From: a virus
Virus record (IMG/VR): IMGVR_UViG_3300025929_000003
Location: 4,421 to 68,420 of that record
Strand: one strand, 5' to 3'
Length of the DNA stretch: 64,000 bases
Both the position numbers and the translations under genes were made by a program. A model generated the notes under the pieces. The model worked only from the letters and a program-made list of their open reading frames with translations, did not search any database and was not told the origin of the DNA. Within the stretch, counting starts at the first letter, position 1. Every line of letters starts with the position of its first letter. This document shows, piece by piece, positions 45,177-56,104 of this stretch.

Positions 45177-48100
45177 TTAATGATTAACCCATCCAATGGA
45201 AGGGGCGGTGTTAAACTGTCTTGATTGATACTGAACTGTTAAGGTGTTTGCGCCCGACACGGTGTTTACAGTCACGGTATTGGCGCTTGCATCTGTTTTA
45301 GTCACATAGATGGTATACCCAGCAAATGTGGTTGAAGATGGTAGTGTTATAGTAACGTTACCTGCAGTAGCATCCACATAAAGGTCAAGGGTTGATTTCT
45401 TGCCTGTAGCGAAGTCGCCAGAGATTATAGTATAGTTTGCAGTCTTGGATAAAATATTATCTGTAGCGGCACTAATGTCGCTTAGCAAAGCCATTGTACC
45501 GTCCTTATCTGGGGTTATATATGTTCTGGTAGATGTATTGTTTGACTGAAAGAAAGCAGGAGATGAACCAGAAGCAGATGAGGGTGCCATCATGAATGTC
45601 TTTCCGTCTGAATTAACTTGGAATGTGGCATATCCTGTATTTGTAATTACAGTTGAACTTGGTCTTAAATTAAGCGTGCCAACTATAGATACAGTTTGAG
45701 ATTTGAATATAGGTGTTGCGTTGATGTACTGTGTAGTAGAGGCAACCTTATTAAACGTTAGTGTGCTGTCTGCTACAATTGTTCCTGTGGTTGTTATTGG
45801 TCCGCCAGTTAGCCCATAACTTGTCCCAATACTTGTAACAGTGCCGTTCCCCGTGCCATATCCCTGCGCTTTTACAAATGCCGTGGTAGCGATTTGCGTA
45901 CTGTTTGTACCCGTAGCTGCTGTAGGAGCTGTAGGTATACCGGTAAAGGCAGGAGAGGCTAATGGCGCATAATTAGACAGATCGCTTGTTTTTGCAAATA
46001 GGTTAGTAGCAACAGCACCCATTTTACCAGTTACGCCTATTTTTACCATAACACTATCTGTGGTAGATGTGCCGGTTGTGGTTTGAACTACCGTTGTTGG
46101 TGTGATTATACCGGTTAACTGATTTGTATATTCTGGCAGTGTACCTGCAGTATTAACTCGCATGTAATATCCCGCCGGTCCTAAGCCTAAGTAAGTTAAC
46201 TTACCTGTTGTTGATTTAAGTGGAATAGAACCAGTGCCGAACCCCGTAACATCAAGAGTTAAATTCCTAACATTTACGGCTACATTACCATATTGTATTT
46301 TTGACAATCCAGTACCTAAACCCCCTGGTAAGTAACTTAGTGCTACCAAAGGAGTAGTGGGGCTACCCCCTGTTTGTGCTACGATGCGGGCGGTGTCTGC
46401 ATCTGTAGCTATCTTAAATGAGCCGAAATTGGTACCGCCCGACTGATTGTAAAGCCTTATATCTGTTTGGGTTGACGTTCCGTTAGGTATTATATCAATA
46501 GCTTGGCCGCCGTTTGTGATCAAACTGGTAAGCTGTAACCTTGCGTATATGGCGTTAGTGCTTTGGTATAAGCCCATTTTAGATAACCTCACTGCCGTAT
46601 TACCAAAATTCCATGAACTTAAGGCAGAACCAAATGAACTGCCATTTAAACTAACATTTCTGATAGGATTGGTTGTACCCGTTCCTATATCCTGATAATT
46701 AATAAAAGCGGTATCGGATGCTGCTGAAATTTTAAATGAACTATTATTAGTAATATCGGATTTATTAAACCACCTGGTTGCCGTACCAACGCCTGTGCCG
46801 CTGGTAAAATAATCAGCTAAAAACTGTTTATCTGTCCGTAAGGGATATGTGCGCAAAATATCAGCACCGCTTGATACTCCGGGGTATAATGCTACGCTAT
46901 TCGTACCACCAATAACACTTATTCCATTTCCGTCTATTGTGGCAAGGTTTGTTACAGTAGTAGTGCCATTTCGGACGCCGTAAAAGTCAAACGCGCTACC
47001 TAATGCACTGGATGAATTGGCCTCATTGGTGCGCATAACCATTTTAATAGTATTGGTTTCTCCACTACCATTATACGCATTACCGTTAAGACTACGGATA
47101 GTTGCCGCATTGCCTAATGTTGACGGAGATGTATTGCTTGTGCCAGCGTTATAGGCAATATCTACAGGTGTGTCCGAAGCTGTACCCCGGCGCTTGATGT
47201 TGTTAAAATTATCAATATTGGTTTGAGTTGATGCGGTTGCATCCAATTGCTTATTATAGGCATAATCCCCAATCGTATTATTACTTAACACATAGTTTGT
47301 GCACGTATCTATTTTAAAAGCAATAATACTACTTGTAGTAGGTGAGATCAGGCTATTAGCCCTGATAATTAGCTTTGTAGTGTTTGAGGCATAGATGGCG
47401 GGATATGCCGCGGTAGATATGATATTATTTGAAACGGTATTATTAGCCCCTGACGACTTAAACCTGATAGCATATCTCCCCGGTGCTGGAAATTGATTGC
47501 CATCTACGATATTGTTTGAACAGGCGTTTCTAATATAAAGCGCATCACCTATTATAGAATAAAAGTGATTTGTAGCTATAGTTGATGAAAACACACTATC
47601 CAGTACCATACCATTTTTACACGCCCCAAACTGATTGTTTGAAATGTTGTTTAAAGAGCCTTTTATAATACCTACTGTGTCTAAAAATGCGGCTTCAGAA
47701 TAAGATATATGCGTACTATTAAGACCGCCTTTCCACCCTAAACGGCTGTTTTCTGCGCCGGACTTGTCAAACTGGCTGTCATTCGCCTTTTTCAGATCAA
47801 AACAAATCCCAAAATCGGAAACATGAAACCCTATAAAGCTATTAACGCCGGGGTTCCCGTGCGTATTACTATAAAGTTTAAGGCCCGCTGTAGTATCTGC
47901 TGCTGACCCCGAATACTTGCCGACAACTAAAAAATCTTTAAGTGTATTTCCTTGACACCTGAACGCCCCGGCTTCATCTGTTGTGATACCATCAGTATGA
48001 TTATAAAAGAACAGAATAGATAGCGGGGCAAATTTAACACTATCTCCCGGTGATGTACTTTGATATGGTAGAAATCCGCTTTCTCCTTTAATTACCGTAC

Positions 48101-49121
48101 CCTGACCTATTTTTATACGGTCTGATAATCCAAAAGAATAGGGATATTTACCGGGAATATAAACGCTTTTAGCCATTTTATAGGCAGCGGCATAAGCAGC
48201 CAAAAAAGATGTACGGCTGTCTGTTCCGGTCCGCGTTACAGTTCTATTAGAAACTAACCAGTCAGCTTTAGCACCGTACCACTGTATATTTATCGCATCG
48301 GCATTAGAAATGTCTCTTATCCAGTATTTACCACCGGAAGAGCTGAAAACAATACCATTATCCACTGGATACGGCGATGTTGCAGACAAATTGAAAGTAC
48401 CACCCCGTAAACTATCTGTCACAATTACCGTTGTCGCCGTTCCTGCATAGCTTAAAAGTTGAGTTATTGAAGCTAAATGTATTGCACCTACCGTTCTTTT
48501 AATGTAGTTAGCTGTATCTGCTTTAGTACCTAAAGAGACTGTGACTGCTGCCCCTGTAGGTAACTTTCCATCATTTGCTAAAGTACTTTCTATATTACTT
48601 GCATCTACTACCTGATTGCCTCCCTGTGATATGCTTGGAGAAGATATTGAGCCATTAAATATAGCGTGCCCATCCCCAAAAATGCGTACCGTGGGGGTTC
48701 CTGAGCCTGTATAGTTGCCTATATAAAGTGCCTCGTGGGTGGCGTCACCACCCTCTATCTTTAAACCAAACCCAGTGGGGCTGTTGTTATAAAAGTAACC
48801 CCCGTAAAGGTTACTACCTGTAGCCACCCCATGCCCAACTTCTGAATACTCAGCAAATAACCCCTTGCCCGTAGAAACTAAATCTACATCGTGCGCAGCC
48901 CCCGTATATGGCACATAGCCCAAGCCAGCATGGTTTATCAAGCTATCCACCTGTTGCTTGGTGTACAACTGCATAAAACCGGGCACACCCATATTGAACC
49001 TATACATCCACCCCAAGCCCGTAGGGGCGCGTTGTAGGGTATTACCAACAGTGACATACGTTTGGGCGCTTGCTGCGCTCAGAACGGTTAAAAATGCGAT
49101 TAAGGCTATTAGTTTTTTCAT
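45177..49121 (-). CDS. Tailspike/tail fibre with pectate-lyase-like beta-helix and N-terminal signal peptide
   Basis: INIQWYGAKAD...DSRTSFLAA, parallel beta-helix repeats (N..V.GN.F, N.I..N.I), fibre repeats APLASPAFTGIPTAPT. Confidence 0.8.
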   Translation of the reverse strand: MKKLIALIAFLTVLSAASAQTYVTVGNTLQRAPTGLGWMYRFNMGVPGFMQLYTKQQVDSLINHAGLGYVPYTGAAHDVDLVSTGKGLFAEYSEVGHGVATGSNLYGGYFYNNSPTGFGLKIEGGDATHEALYIGNYTGSGTPTVRIFGDGHAIFNGSISSPSISQGGNQVVDASNIESTLANDGKLPTGAAVTVSLGTKADTANYIKRTVGAIHLASITQLLSYAGTATTVIVTDSLRGGTFNLSATSPYPVDNGIVFSSSGGKYWIRDISNADAINIQWYGAKADWLVSNRTVTRTGTDSRTSFLAAYAAAYKMAKSVYIPGKYPYSFGLSDRIKIGQGTVIKGESGFLPYQSTSPGDSVKFAPLSILFFYNHTDGITTDEAGAFRCQGNTLKDFLVVGKYSGSAADTTAGLKLYSNTHGNPGVNSFIGFHVSDFGICFDLKKANDSQFDKSGAENSRLGWKGGLNSTHISYSEAAFLDTVGIIKGSLNNISNNQFGACKNGMVLDSVFSSTIATNHFYSIIGDALYIRNACSNNIVDGNQFPAPGRYAIRFKSSGANNTVSNNIISTAAYPAIYASNTTKLIIRANSLISPTTSSIIAFKIDTCTNYVLSNNTIGDYAYNKQLDATASTQTNIDNFNNIKRRGTASDTPVDIAYNAGTSNTSPSTLGNAATIRSLNGNAYNGSGETNTIKMVMRTNEANSSSALGSAFDFYGVRNGTTTVTNLATIDGNGISVIGGTNSVALYPGVSSGADILRTYPLRTDKQFLADYFTSGTGVGTATRWFNKSDITNNSSFKISAASDTAFINYQDIGTGTTNPIRNVSLNGSSFGSALSSWNFGNTAVRLSKMGLYQSTNAIYARLQLTSLITNGGQAIDIIPNGTSTQTDIRLYNQSGGTNFGSFKIATDADTARIVAQTGGSPTTPLVALSYLPGGLGTGLSKIQYGNVAVNVRNLTLDVTGFGTGSIPLKSTTGKLTYLGLGPAGYYMRVNTAGTLPEYTNQLTGIITPTTVVQTTTGTSTTDSVMVKIGVTGKMGAVATNLFAKTSDLSNYAPLASPAFTGIPTAPTAATGTNSTQIATTAFVKAQGYGTGNGTVTSIGTSYGLTGGPITTTGTIVADSTLTFNKVASTTQYINATPIFKSQTVSIVGTLNLRPSSTVITNTGYATFQVNSDGKTFMMAPSSASGSSPAFFQSNNTSTRTYITPDKDGTMALLSDISAATDNILSKTANYTIISGDFATGKKSTLDLYVDATAGNVTITLPSSTTFAGYTIYVTKTDASANTVTVNTVSGANTLTVQYQSRQFNTAPSIGWVNH

Positions 49122-49666
49122 ATGGTTGGGACTACTGTTACTATAATTGCTTGTGGTGCATCATTTGATGCGAAGCCATATATGCGTGGTGGTGTAAAGT
49201 TTGTTGTGAAGGTAAAGGTAAATGATTCTCCATTCAGGGTCACACTCACCGGAATATCTCCTGTTGGTAATGCTACGTTTGTTTCGCTCAAAAAAGGCAG
49301 GTACCAATTACCACCACCAGCGTCTATCAAATCAACAGCAGACTTTCTTATCTCATAAGGGGCATTAACGGGCGATACGATAATAATACTCGGCACCTGT
49401 GCGTTTGGGTCTGGCGTAACGCCGTCTGTATATTTAAGACCAGCTATTTCTAACATAGTGTTATAAAAAGAAAGAGCCGTATCGCTTGCATAATCCCCTA
49501 TTGAATAACAAAATAGCGCACCCCGTATTTTACGGTAGTTGCATAATGCCTCTGACCAGTCAGCGGTACAGCCTGATTGTTCGCACAGTATCAATTGTGT
49601 GCCAGCATCGGCTGTTACTAACTGTGCCCTTAATATGGCTTGGGAATACTCATTAGCGGTTGGCAT
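49118..49666 (-). CDS. Putative tail-associated protein
   Basis: 182 aa in the late operon. Confidence 0.5.
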   Translation of the reverse strand: MPTANEYSQAILRAQLVTADAGTQLILCEQSGCTADWSEALCNYRKIRGALFCYSIGDYASDTALSFYNTMLEIAGLKYTDGVTPDPNAQVPSIIIVSPVNAPYEIRKSAVDLIDAGGGNWYLPFLSETNVALPTGDIPVSVTLNGESFTFTFTTNFTPPRIYGFASNDAPQAIIVTVVPTI

Positions 49667-49670
49667 GTTT

Positions 49671-50126
49671 TCAGCAGTTACAAGGTGAGGTAGTAGCTAT
49701 TAACGTATTTGCGGCATCTATGCACCGTTGAGAGTTTGACCCTTGGTTAAACAACCAATAAGTATTCGCCCATGATTCTGATAGCAAAGATTTAACAGCA
49801 TCGTTACATAGTGACTTAGATGACGAACACCCACAGTTTAAAGCCTGTTCAAGTGTTAGTGACTGCAAATCAACCTGACGGGTACTTAGGTATGTTTTAG
49901 TGGTGGATATACTTCCATTTAGCGTTAAAATAAAGGTATAGAACACATCTTTTACGATAGGCACATTCTGAGTAAGATTGGTGCCCATGTTATAATCGGT
50001 TACCAAAGTACCGTTACTGTCATACACTAATAGATGCCTTGACGTTACGCCAATTCCTGTGCTGGTATCTGTAGCTAAAATCGGGCTAAGTGCCGCCGAT
50101 TGTGAAACTGTAAGTCCTATAGCCAT
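49671..50126 (-). CDS. Putative tail-associated protein
   Basis: 151 aa, C-terminal Cys cluster. Confidence 0.5.
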   Translation of the reverse strand: MAIGLTVSQSAALSPILATDTSTGIGVTSRHLLVYDSNGTLVTDYNMGTNLTQNVPIVKDVFYTFILTLNGSISTTKTYLSTRQVDLQSLTLEQALNCGCSSSKSLCNDAVKSLLSESWANTYWLFNQGSNSQRCIDAANTLIATTSPCNC

Positions 50127-50178
50127 AATTTGTTGTTTTTAATTGGCATAAAAGTACAATAAAACATTTCAAAAATAA

Positions 50179-50200
50179 AAACCCACTTTTTAGGGTGGGT
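50179..50200 (-). terminator. Intrinsic terminator
   Basis: ACCCAC-loop-GTGGGT preceded by an A tract. Confidence 0.65.
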
Positions 50201-50206
50201 ATAATG

Positions 50207-53200
50207 CTATTTCTTTTTGATTTTAGCGTTCGGGTTGTAGGAACTGGTACTAATGCCAAACTGAGATGGCAGAAACGCTTTTAATGCATTTTTAATGCCC
50301 CCAACTTGATAGGCTTCCTGCACATCGGTAAACGGTAATGGCACAAACTCCTGCGGTACATTAGGCCAGAAGTGGTATGGTTGCCCAACGACGTCTTTCC
50401 CCTCCATTAAGTTAACGCCCGAACCAATCAGCGGAGACAACTTCCCGCGCATAAACGAGGTGGCTAAAGATAGGCGTGATGGCTTACCGTATTTGCCAGT
50501 AGTTAAGTCTATAACCCCATTACCTGACGCCGGTACTTTTTGTCCCGAAGCCATTTGTGATAGTAAACGAACATACTGAGGTAGTCCACCCAAAATGTCA
50601 TAAAACGTTGAACCATTCTTTTGCTTATCTTCTATTTTCAAAAAATTAGAACTCCGAGGGTCGGTCACCACTTTTAGTCCAGCCATTGCCGCTAACGACA
50701 ACAGCACGCTACCCACAGCCAGCGTAGCACCAATATCCTTAGCCGCCATTACCTTTGCTTCTTTCGGCAACCTTGGGTCAGCCCACAAGTACAATGTTTG
50801 AATGCGTGCCGCCATAAAGCGGGGTGAGAATAACACATTGGACAACACTTTGGGTTGCTTGCCTCCAAACGCTTCTGGTATATCACCGCGACCTGTCAGC
50901 ACATTCACCACCTTAGCCACACCCTTAAACACCTCTGGGTTGTTTTCAAAAGTATACCCTCGCTTAATCAGTTCTCTTGCCTGTTGTTCAAACACGCCAG
51001 CACGAAGCACGTTAAGGTAGCCCGTATAAGCCCGTTCAGAGGCTGCAATTAGTTTGCCTATGCCCGGTATCTTATCGGCAAGGTTAGAGGTAAATTCTTC
51101 TTCTCTGGCTATAATCTTCGGGTCATCTTTGTCAGACAGGTACAACTCGCTATCTTTCATCAATTCATAGTTTTCGCTATGTTTCAAATCCGAAATCCAG
51201 TTACGGTACTTTTCTTCTGAAAAAGTCTGCTTAAACATCTCCGTAAACGCATGTAATGCTTGTACAGGGTGATTAACTGTAGCGAACAGCCCTTGGCGCA
51301 ATACCGCCGAAAAATCCAGTGACGCTTTCAGTGCACGTGGTAATGAGGCAATATTTAGCAAATCATCCTTTAGTTTTTCAGTCTTACTCCGTTGCTTTAA
51401 GGCGTCCTTAGCAACCTCAATGTCAAAGTCGTTTTTAATTCGGTCATACTTACGGCGCAATTCCAACCCTTCGGCATCTAAGGTTAATGGCTTTGGTTTC
51501 TCACCTTTCTCATAATCCTCGTTGGCCAAACGTTGGGTTAGCTTTTCGATATTTTCCTGAATACGCTTTTTATAGGCTTCCAGCTTCTTTTCATCGGCGG
51601 TAGGCTCATTTTCTTTATTGAGTTCCTTTAAACGTCCCCTAAGTGCCTCGACCTGCTCATTTTTCTTTTTAGCATTGGCGCTTTCGGGCTTGGCTTTTTT
51701 AATGCCATTCTGCAAGTCCTCAATCTCGTTTAACAACTTAGCCTGTGTTTTTAAAGAACTAATATCAGTAAGTATCTCCTTTTTGGTCGGCTTTACCTCA
51801 TCGTATTTGCCAGCAATCAGGTCGGTTACATCACGCTTGGTTAAGCCCTCAATATCGCCTTTGAACTCCTCATGTATTCTATCTACCACATCTTTTATCT
51901 CCACCAATCCCTCTTGGGCAAGGTTACGCAACAGCGCAGGCATGTGTTTAGCGATAGCCGCCAATTCACGGCGATAAGGGATATCCGACATCGCTTGCCC
52001 TGATTTACGGATTTTAGCAAACTCATCCCTGATGCTATCAAATATCTTGGTACGCTCCGCTTTCAACTCATCCTTGCTGATAGATTTACGCTTAATGCGA
52101 TCTGCCGCTTTCCTTACAGACTGATTAGCCTTTAGCTTGGCATTGTCTTCTTCCAACCTCGCAATCTTCTTTTGCAGGGCTTCCTGTATTGATTCCAACT
52201 CCGCATGCGTTTTCTGTACCTCCGCTAATTGTTCAGGCGATAGCTTATTATTGCCATTAGCCTGACGCTTCGCCACAATCATATTAGCCAGTGTCGCCTC
52301 TTTGTTGAAAGACAGTTTACGGGCGCTCAATGCGCGGGCGGTTTCGGTACCAGTTTTACGGTCGGCTTGTGCTGCATCCTGAAACTCACTTAACGATTGC
52401 GTATTAGCCTCTGTCAGTTCGTCAAATTGCTTCTTTGACATAGTAGCACCATCTTTAGCCAATCGTTCGTTCTGCGTCTTTATTTCAGCCTCTTTGGCAT
52501 CCATATACTTGCCTAAGATAGCTATCTCAGTATCGGACGCTTGATGCCCCTCGTTAAGTATGCGGTCAATCAGGTCAGGTGTGTCGTACCCCTTATCAAT
52601 CTCCGCTGTGGCATCCACATCTATCTTATCAGCACCACGTTTACCGTTTTTGGTGTCTTTCAATTCTATCCCTAAATCAGCAGCACGTTCGTTAGTTACC
52701 TCATTTTTAGTCGGCAATGTTTTCTCGTGCTCTGTATATTCATTGGTGAGGTGGTTACGGTACTGCTCGTCGAACTTTTCCTTGTCAGTTAATGACTTGT
52801 ACCAATCGGTAGACTTGACATGCTTTAACCCAGCCTCAATAGCATCAGCTACCTTAGCGCCTGTTTCAAGGGACTTGGCGACCACCTCCAATGAACCATC
52901 CCAAACAGCATCGAAACCTGTAGACGCTTTAAAGCCGCCCAACTTGTTAATTTTGCCATTACGTACCTTTTCAGCGAATGACCTTATCGGGTCTCCTGCT
53001 TTGCTTTCCACTCCTTTACCGCCGTCACTTTCTTTCGGGCGTCCCCCCTGCTCATTTGAGGGTTGTTGTACTTTGTTCTTAGCTGGTTTAGCATCTCGGG
53101 GCTTATCTGCTCCACGGTCGCTTTGTTTTCTTGCTCTTTCATAATTGTCAATATCTTCTTGGGTGATGCCAATCTCTTTGGCGTGTTTATTAAATTCTTC

Positions 53201-56029
53201 AACTTGCGCAGGTGTTAACTCCTTAGCAAGCGAACCATGTGCTTTTTCAGCCCTGCGTGCGGTTAGTTTTTTACCTGTCAATTCTTCATAACGGCTTTCC
53301 AATAGTTTTTGCGTATCGGACTTGTTTGCCTCAATAAAGTTTTTCCTGCCTGTATAACGGTCGATGGTTTCCACGATATCTTCGGGAGTAACATGCACAC
53401 CTAAGTCATGGGAGATTATCTCCGCATGGGTGTTAATATCGGTCTTGTCAGAGTTTTTGGTATCTATCCAGCGTGATATACCGCCGTGTGGCGCATCATT
53501 GCCTGTAATACGCTTATAGTCCTTCTCATTGATTTTACTATCGCCTAAGTAATCTATGATGCCTTTCTCAATATGGTCAGGGTAGCTTGTTTCGGTATGG
53601 TATTGCGCCGCTATCTTTTTAGGGTCAGTTTCCTTTTCAATAGATTGCCTTATGGCGTCTTCGTGGGATAACTCAGGTTCTTTTTTACTGGCTTCATAAA
53701 GCGCCTGTCCAGCATCGGTAGTTTCTTTACCCCTAACATCTTTCAGGTCGATACCGTTATCCTCAGCATGCTTAAATAGCGCAGTGGCAATGCCTTTACG
53801 ACGGTCAGCCTCGTCAACCACTACTTTTACAGATACTGGTTCTTTTTGTTCACCATCCCTATTGTTGTAAGATATTTCCAGCACCCCGTTAACCTTACCA
53901 TCCTTACCGCGCGACACAACTTGTTTAGTGCCGTTATCAAGCGGTTCGTCTGTAAAGTTACCTTTGTTATCTTTTTTAAACGCTGGCTCAATTGAAATAC
54001 CTTCTTTGCCTGTTTCTGGCAAATTATGAGCAAGTTCCTTTAGTTTTGGCGCATCGGCATCGGATACCCTATTTCTTTTTTCTTTAACAGGAGTTTCAAC
54101 AGGCGCTTCGCTATTGCTTGGCGCACTAACTTGTTGCTCAGATTGTCCTTGTACATCTGGCGCAGTTTCAGAATTTGTAGTTGGGGGTTCATTTGCTATG
54201 GGTTGAATAGGTGTTTCGTTTGTCGGGTCAGCCACAACAGGAACATTAGGTTGTTCAGTCGGTGATGGCGTCTCAGGTAGTGATACCTGTCCTTCCGATA
54301 CTGGTGGTATGGGTGCTTCATTTGGCTTGGTTTTAGTTAACGACTGTACTTTATCAATCAACTCCGCCTTTTGCTCATCAGGTATCTCGTCGCTATTGGT
54401 TATCGTATCAATAAATGCTTGTGGGTCTTTGGAAACCTTATCGGCAATCAGTTTAACGTCGCCTTGGGTCTTTAGCACCAATTGGTCAGCATACAGACGC
54501 TTCTTTTCTGCCGTATCCTTAGCATCGTAGGCTTTAGTACCCATCTCAATACTATCGGCATACAAATCCTCGTGCCCATCTTTAATATTATCATTAATAG
54601 CGGTTAACTGGTCTTTGGGCGTATTCATTAAGGTACGCAACACACTTTCGCCATTCAGGTTAGAAGCGGCTGAGGAGGCAGCGGCAACCTGCAATGCGCC
54701 ATCATTTACCTTTTTACTATCAACAGCGTCTTTAACATCCGCATGTAACCCCTTAGCAACCCCCGGCAATTCAAAAGCCAAACCAGTACCAAACTGCTTC
54801 ATGGCTTCGTGCACATCGATGTCTTTGCCGTTCAGTAAATCTTCCCCCGCTGACGTCCCCCCGAATACCGTACCCACACCAACAGCATGCAAGAGTGCCT
54901 CTGCTGTTTTGCCACCTTTCAACAATCCTTTCTCAGCTAACTTATTAACGACGCCCTTACCCAAAGCACCGCCTAACATCATTTGAGCCTCCATAGTCAA
55001 CCCCTCCACACCGCCTTTTAAAGCACCTGTAGCGGCATCGTTCAATGAAGTAACATAATCTTTGTGTTGGTCGGTAGCATCCTTGTAGGCGGTAGCAGCT
55101 TTAGTGGTAGCCAATAACCCTGTCAGTTTACTCACCAATTGTGGCGTTTTAGCCGCCATAGATGCTTCGCCCTGACCCGTAGCTAAAGAAGCGATTAATG
55201 GCAATGTGCCAACCACGCCCTCGGCGGTCTCTGAAAGTATATTTGAAGGCTTGTCACGCTCTTGATAGGCTTTGTCATAGTAGGTTGCCACTTTATCAAA
55301 AGCACCGCCCTTACGCAGCCATTGAGGGGTTTTATCGCCCGTTAAGCCAGTATATATCTTATCGATGGTTCTGTCAACCAAATCTGTGCCCCCCGCAAGG
55401 GGTTTAACTACTAAATCATTAAAGCCTTTATTGAAAGCTGGTAAGTATAAGCCCTGTTGAATATCCTCCATCCAGCTACGCCCCTTGGTATCGGCAGGTT
55501 GTTGTACGGTAGCGTGTTTTTGCCCTATAGCCTGTGCGTTTTGTAGAACGGTTGTTTTAGCCATTTCGGCCCGATTGGCTTTGTCGATAGCCTTGTTTTG
55601 GTTGTGGGCAATATCTAAAGCCTGCTGGTTTTGGAGGTTTTGCTTTAACGATGGGTCGGTAACTGGCGTAAATTGGTTAGCGCCACTATTGCCACCTATC
55701 AGGGAACTTTGGTCGGTTATGCCACCAGTGAATGAGGGCGGAACAGTATTCGCAGAAACGGGAGTAGATTGTTTTTTTTTTATGCCTACCTGTTCGTAGA
55801 AAGCGTCAGGGGTTTTGTCGAAGCCAGTCAGGTTGTCTTTAAGTGCTTGATATGCTTTTGAGGCATAGGCGCTGTCCTGCATAGCGGTTTTAAATTCTTC
55901 TGGTGTCTTTTTGAACCCAACCAAGTTATCCTTTAATGCCGCATATACCTTGTCAACATACGGTACTGGTGCTGGTTGCTGGGTAGCATCTGCTACAACT
56001 GGTTCTGCCGTGGTAATATCTTCTGCCAT
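50207..56029 (-). CDS. Large ejection (internal virion) / polyvalent protein with embedded GNAT-like domain
   Basis: About 1940 aa from MAEDITT; VVVDEADRRKGIATALF; helical, last in a run of ejection-type genes. Confidence 0.7.
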   Translation of the reverse strand: MAEDITTAEPVVADATQQPAPVPYVDKVYAALKDNLVGFKKTPEEFKTAMQDSAYASKAYQALKDNLTGFDKTPDAFYEQVGIKKKQSTPVSANTVPPSFTGGITDQSSLIGGNSGANQFTPVTDPSLKQNLQNQQALDIAHNQNKAIDKANRAEMAKTTVLQNAQAIGQKHATVQQPADTKGRSWMEDIQQGLYLPAFNKGFNDLVVKPLAGGTDLVDRTIDKIYTGLTGDKTPQWLRKGGAFDKVATYYDKAYQERDKPSNILSETAEGVVGTLPLIASLATGQGEASMAAKTPQLVSKLTGLLATTKAATAYKDATDQHKDYVTSLNDAATGALKGGVEGLTMEAQMMLGGALGKGVVNKLAEKGLLKGGKTAEALLHAVGVGTVFGGTSAGEDLLNGKDIDVHEAMKQFGTGLAFELPGVAKGLHADVKDAVDSKKVNDGALQVAAASSAASNLNGESVLRTLMNTPKDQLTAINDNIKDGHEDLYADSIEMGTKAYDAKDTAEKKRLYADQLVLKTQGDVKLIADKVSKDPQAFIDTITNSDEIPDEQKAELIDKVQSLTKTKPNEAPIPPVSEGQVSLPETPSPTEQPNVPVVADPTNETPIQPIANEPPTTNSETAPDVQGQSEQQVSAPSNSEAPVETPVKEKRNRVSDADAPKLKELAHNLPETGKEGISIEPAFKKDNKGNFTDEPLDNGTKQVVSRGKDGKVNGVLEISYNNRDGEQKEPVSVKVVVDEADRRKGIATALFKHAEDNGIDLKDVRGKETTDAGQALYEASKKEPELSHEDAIRQSIEKETDPKKIAAQYHTETSYPDHIEKGIIDYLGDSKINEKDYKRITGNDAPHGGISRWIDTKNSDKTDINTHAEIISHDLGVHVTPEDIVETIDRYTGRKNFIEANKSDTQKLLESRYEELTGKKLTARRAEKAHGSLAKELTPAQVEEFNKHAKEIGITQEDIDNYERARKQSDRGADKPRDAKPAKNKVQQPSNEQGGRPKESDGGKGVESKAGDPIRSFAEKVRNGKINKLGGFKASTGFDAVWDGSLEVVAKSLETGAKVADAIEAGLKHVKSTDWYKSLTDKEKFDEQYRNHLTNEYTEHEKTLPTKNEVTNERAADLGIELKDTKNGKRGADKIDVDATAEIDKGYDTPDLIDRILNEGHQASDTEIAILGKYMDAKEAEIKTQNERLAKDGATMSKKQFDELTEANTQSLSEFQDAAQADRKTGTETARALSARKLSFNKEATLANMIVAKRQANGNNKLSPEQLAEVQKTHAELESIQEALQKKIARLEEDNAKLKANQSVRKAADRIKRKSISKDELKAERTKIFDSIRDEFAKIRKSGQAMSDIPYRRELAAIAKHMPALLRNLAQEGLVEIKDVVDRIHEEFKGDIEGLTKRDVTDLIAGKYDEVKPTKKEILTDISSLKTQAKLLNEIEDLQNGIKKAKPESANAKKKNEQVEALRGRLKELNKENEPTADEKKLEAYKKRIQENIEKLTQRLANEDYEKGEKPKPLTLDAEGLELRRKYDRIKNDFDIEVAKDALKQRSKTEKLKDDLLNIASLPRALKASLDFSAVLRQGLFATVNHPVQALHAFTEMFKQTFSEEKYRNWISDLKHSENYELMKDSELYLSDKDDPKIIAREEEFTSNLADKIPGIGKLIAASERAYTGYLNVLRAGVFEQQARELIKRGYTFENNPEVFKGVAKVVNVLTGRGDIPEAFGGKQPKVLSNVLFSPRFMAARIQTLYLWADPRLPKEAKVMAAKDIGATLAVGSVLLSLAAMAGLKVVTDPRSSNFLKIEDKQKNGSTFYDILGGLPQYVRLLSQMASGQKVPASGNGVIDLTTGKYGKPSRLSLATSFMRGKLSPLIGSGVNLMEGKDVVGQPYHFWPNVPQEFVPLPFTDVQEAYQVGGIKNALKAFLPSQFGISTSSYNPNAKIKKK

Positions 56030-56057
56030 GTAACAAATGTATGAATTTGTTATCAAC

Positions 56058-56081
56058 AAAAAAGCCACTCAAAAAGTGGCT
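56058..56081 (-). terminator. Intrinsic terminator
   Basis: AGCCAC-TTTTTGA-GTGGCT plus U tract on the minus strand. Confidence 0.65.
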
Positions 56082-56104
56082 CTATTTTACTTACCTAAAA
56101 TCTA

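Noticed and set aside
50207-56029. Virion RNA polymerase in the large ejection protein
   Set aside because: No DxDGD/DFDID-type catalytic motif found by eye
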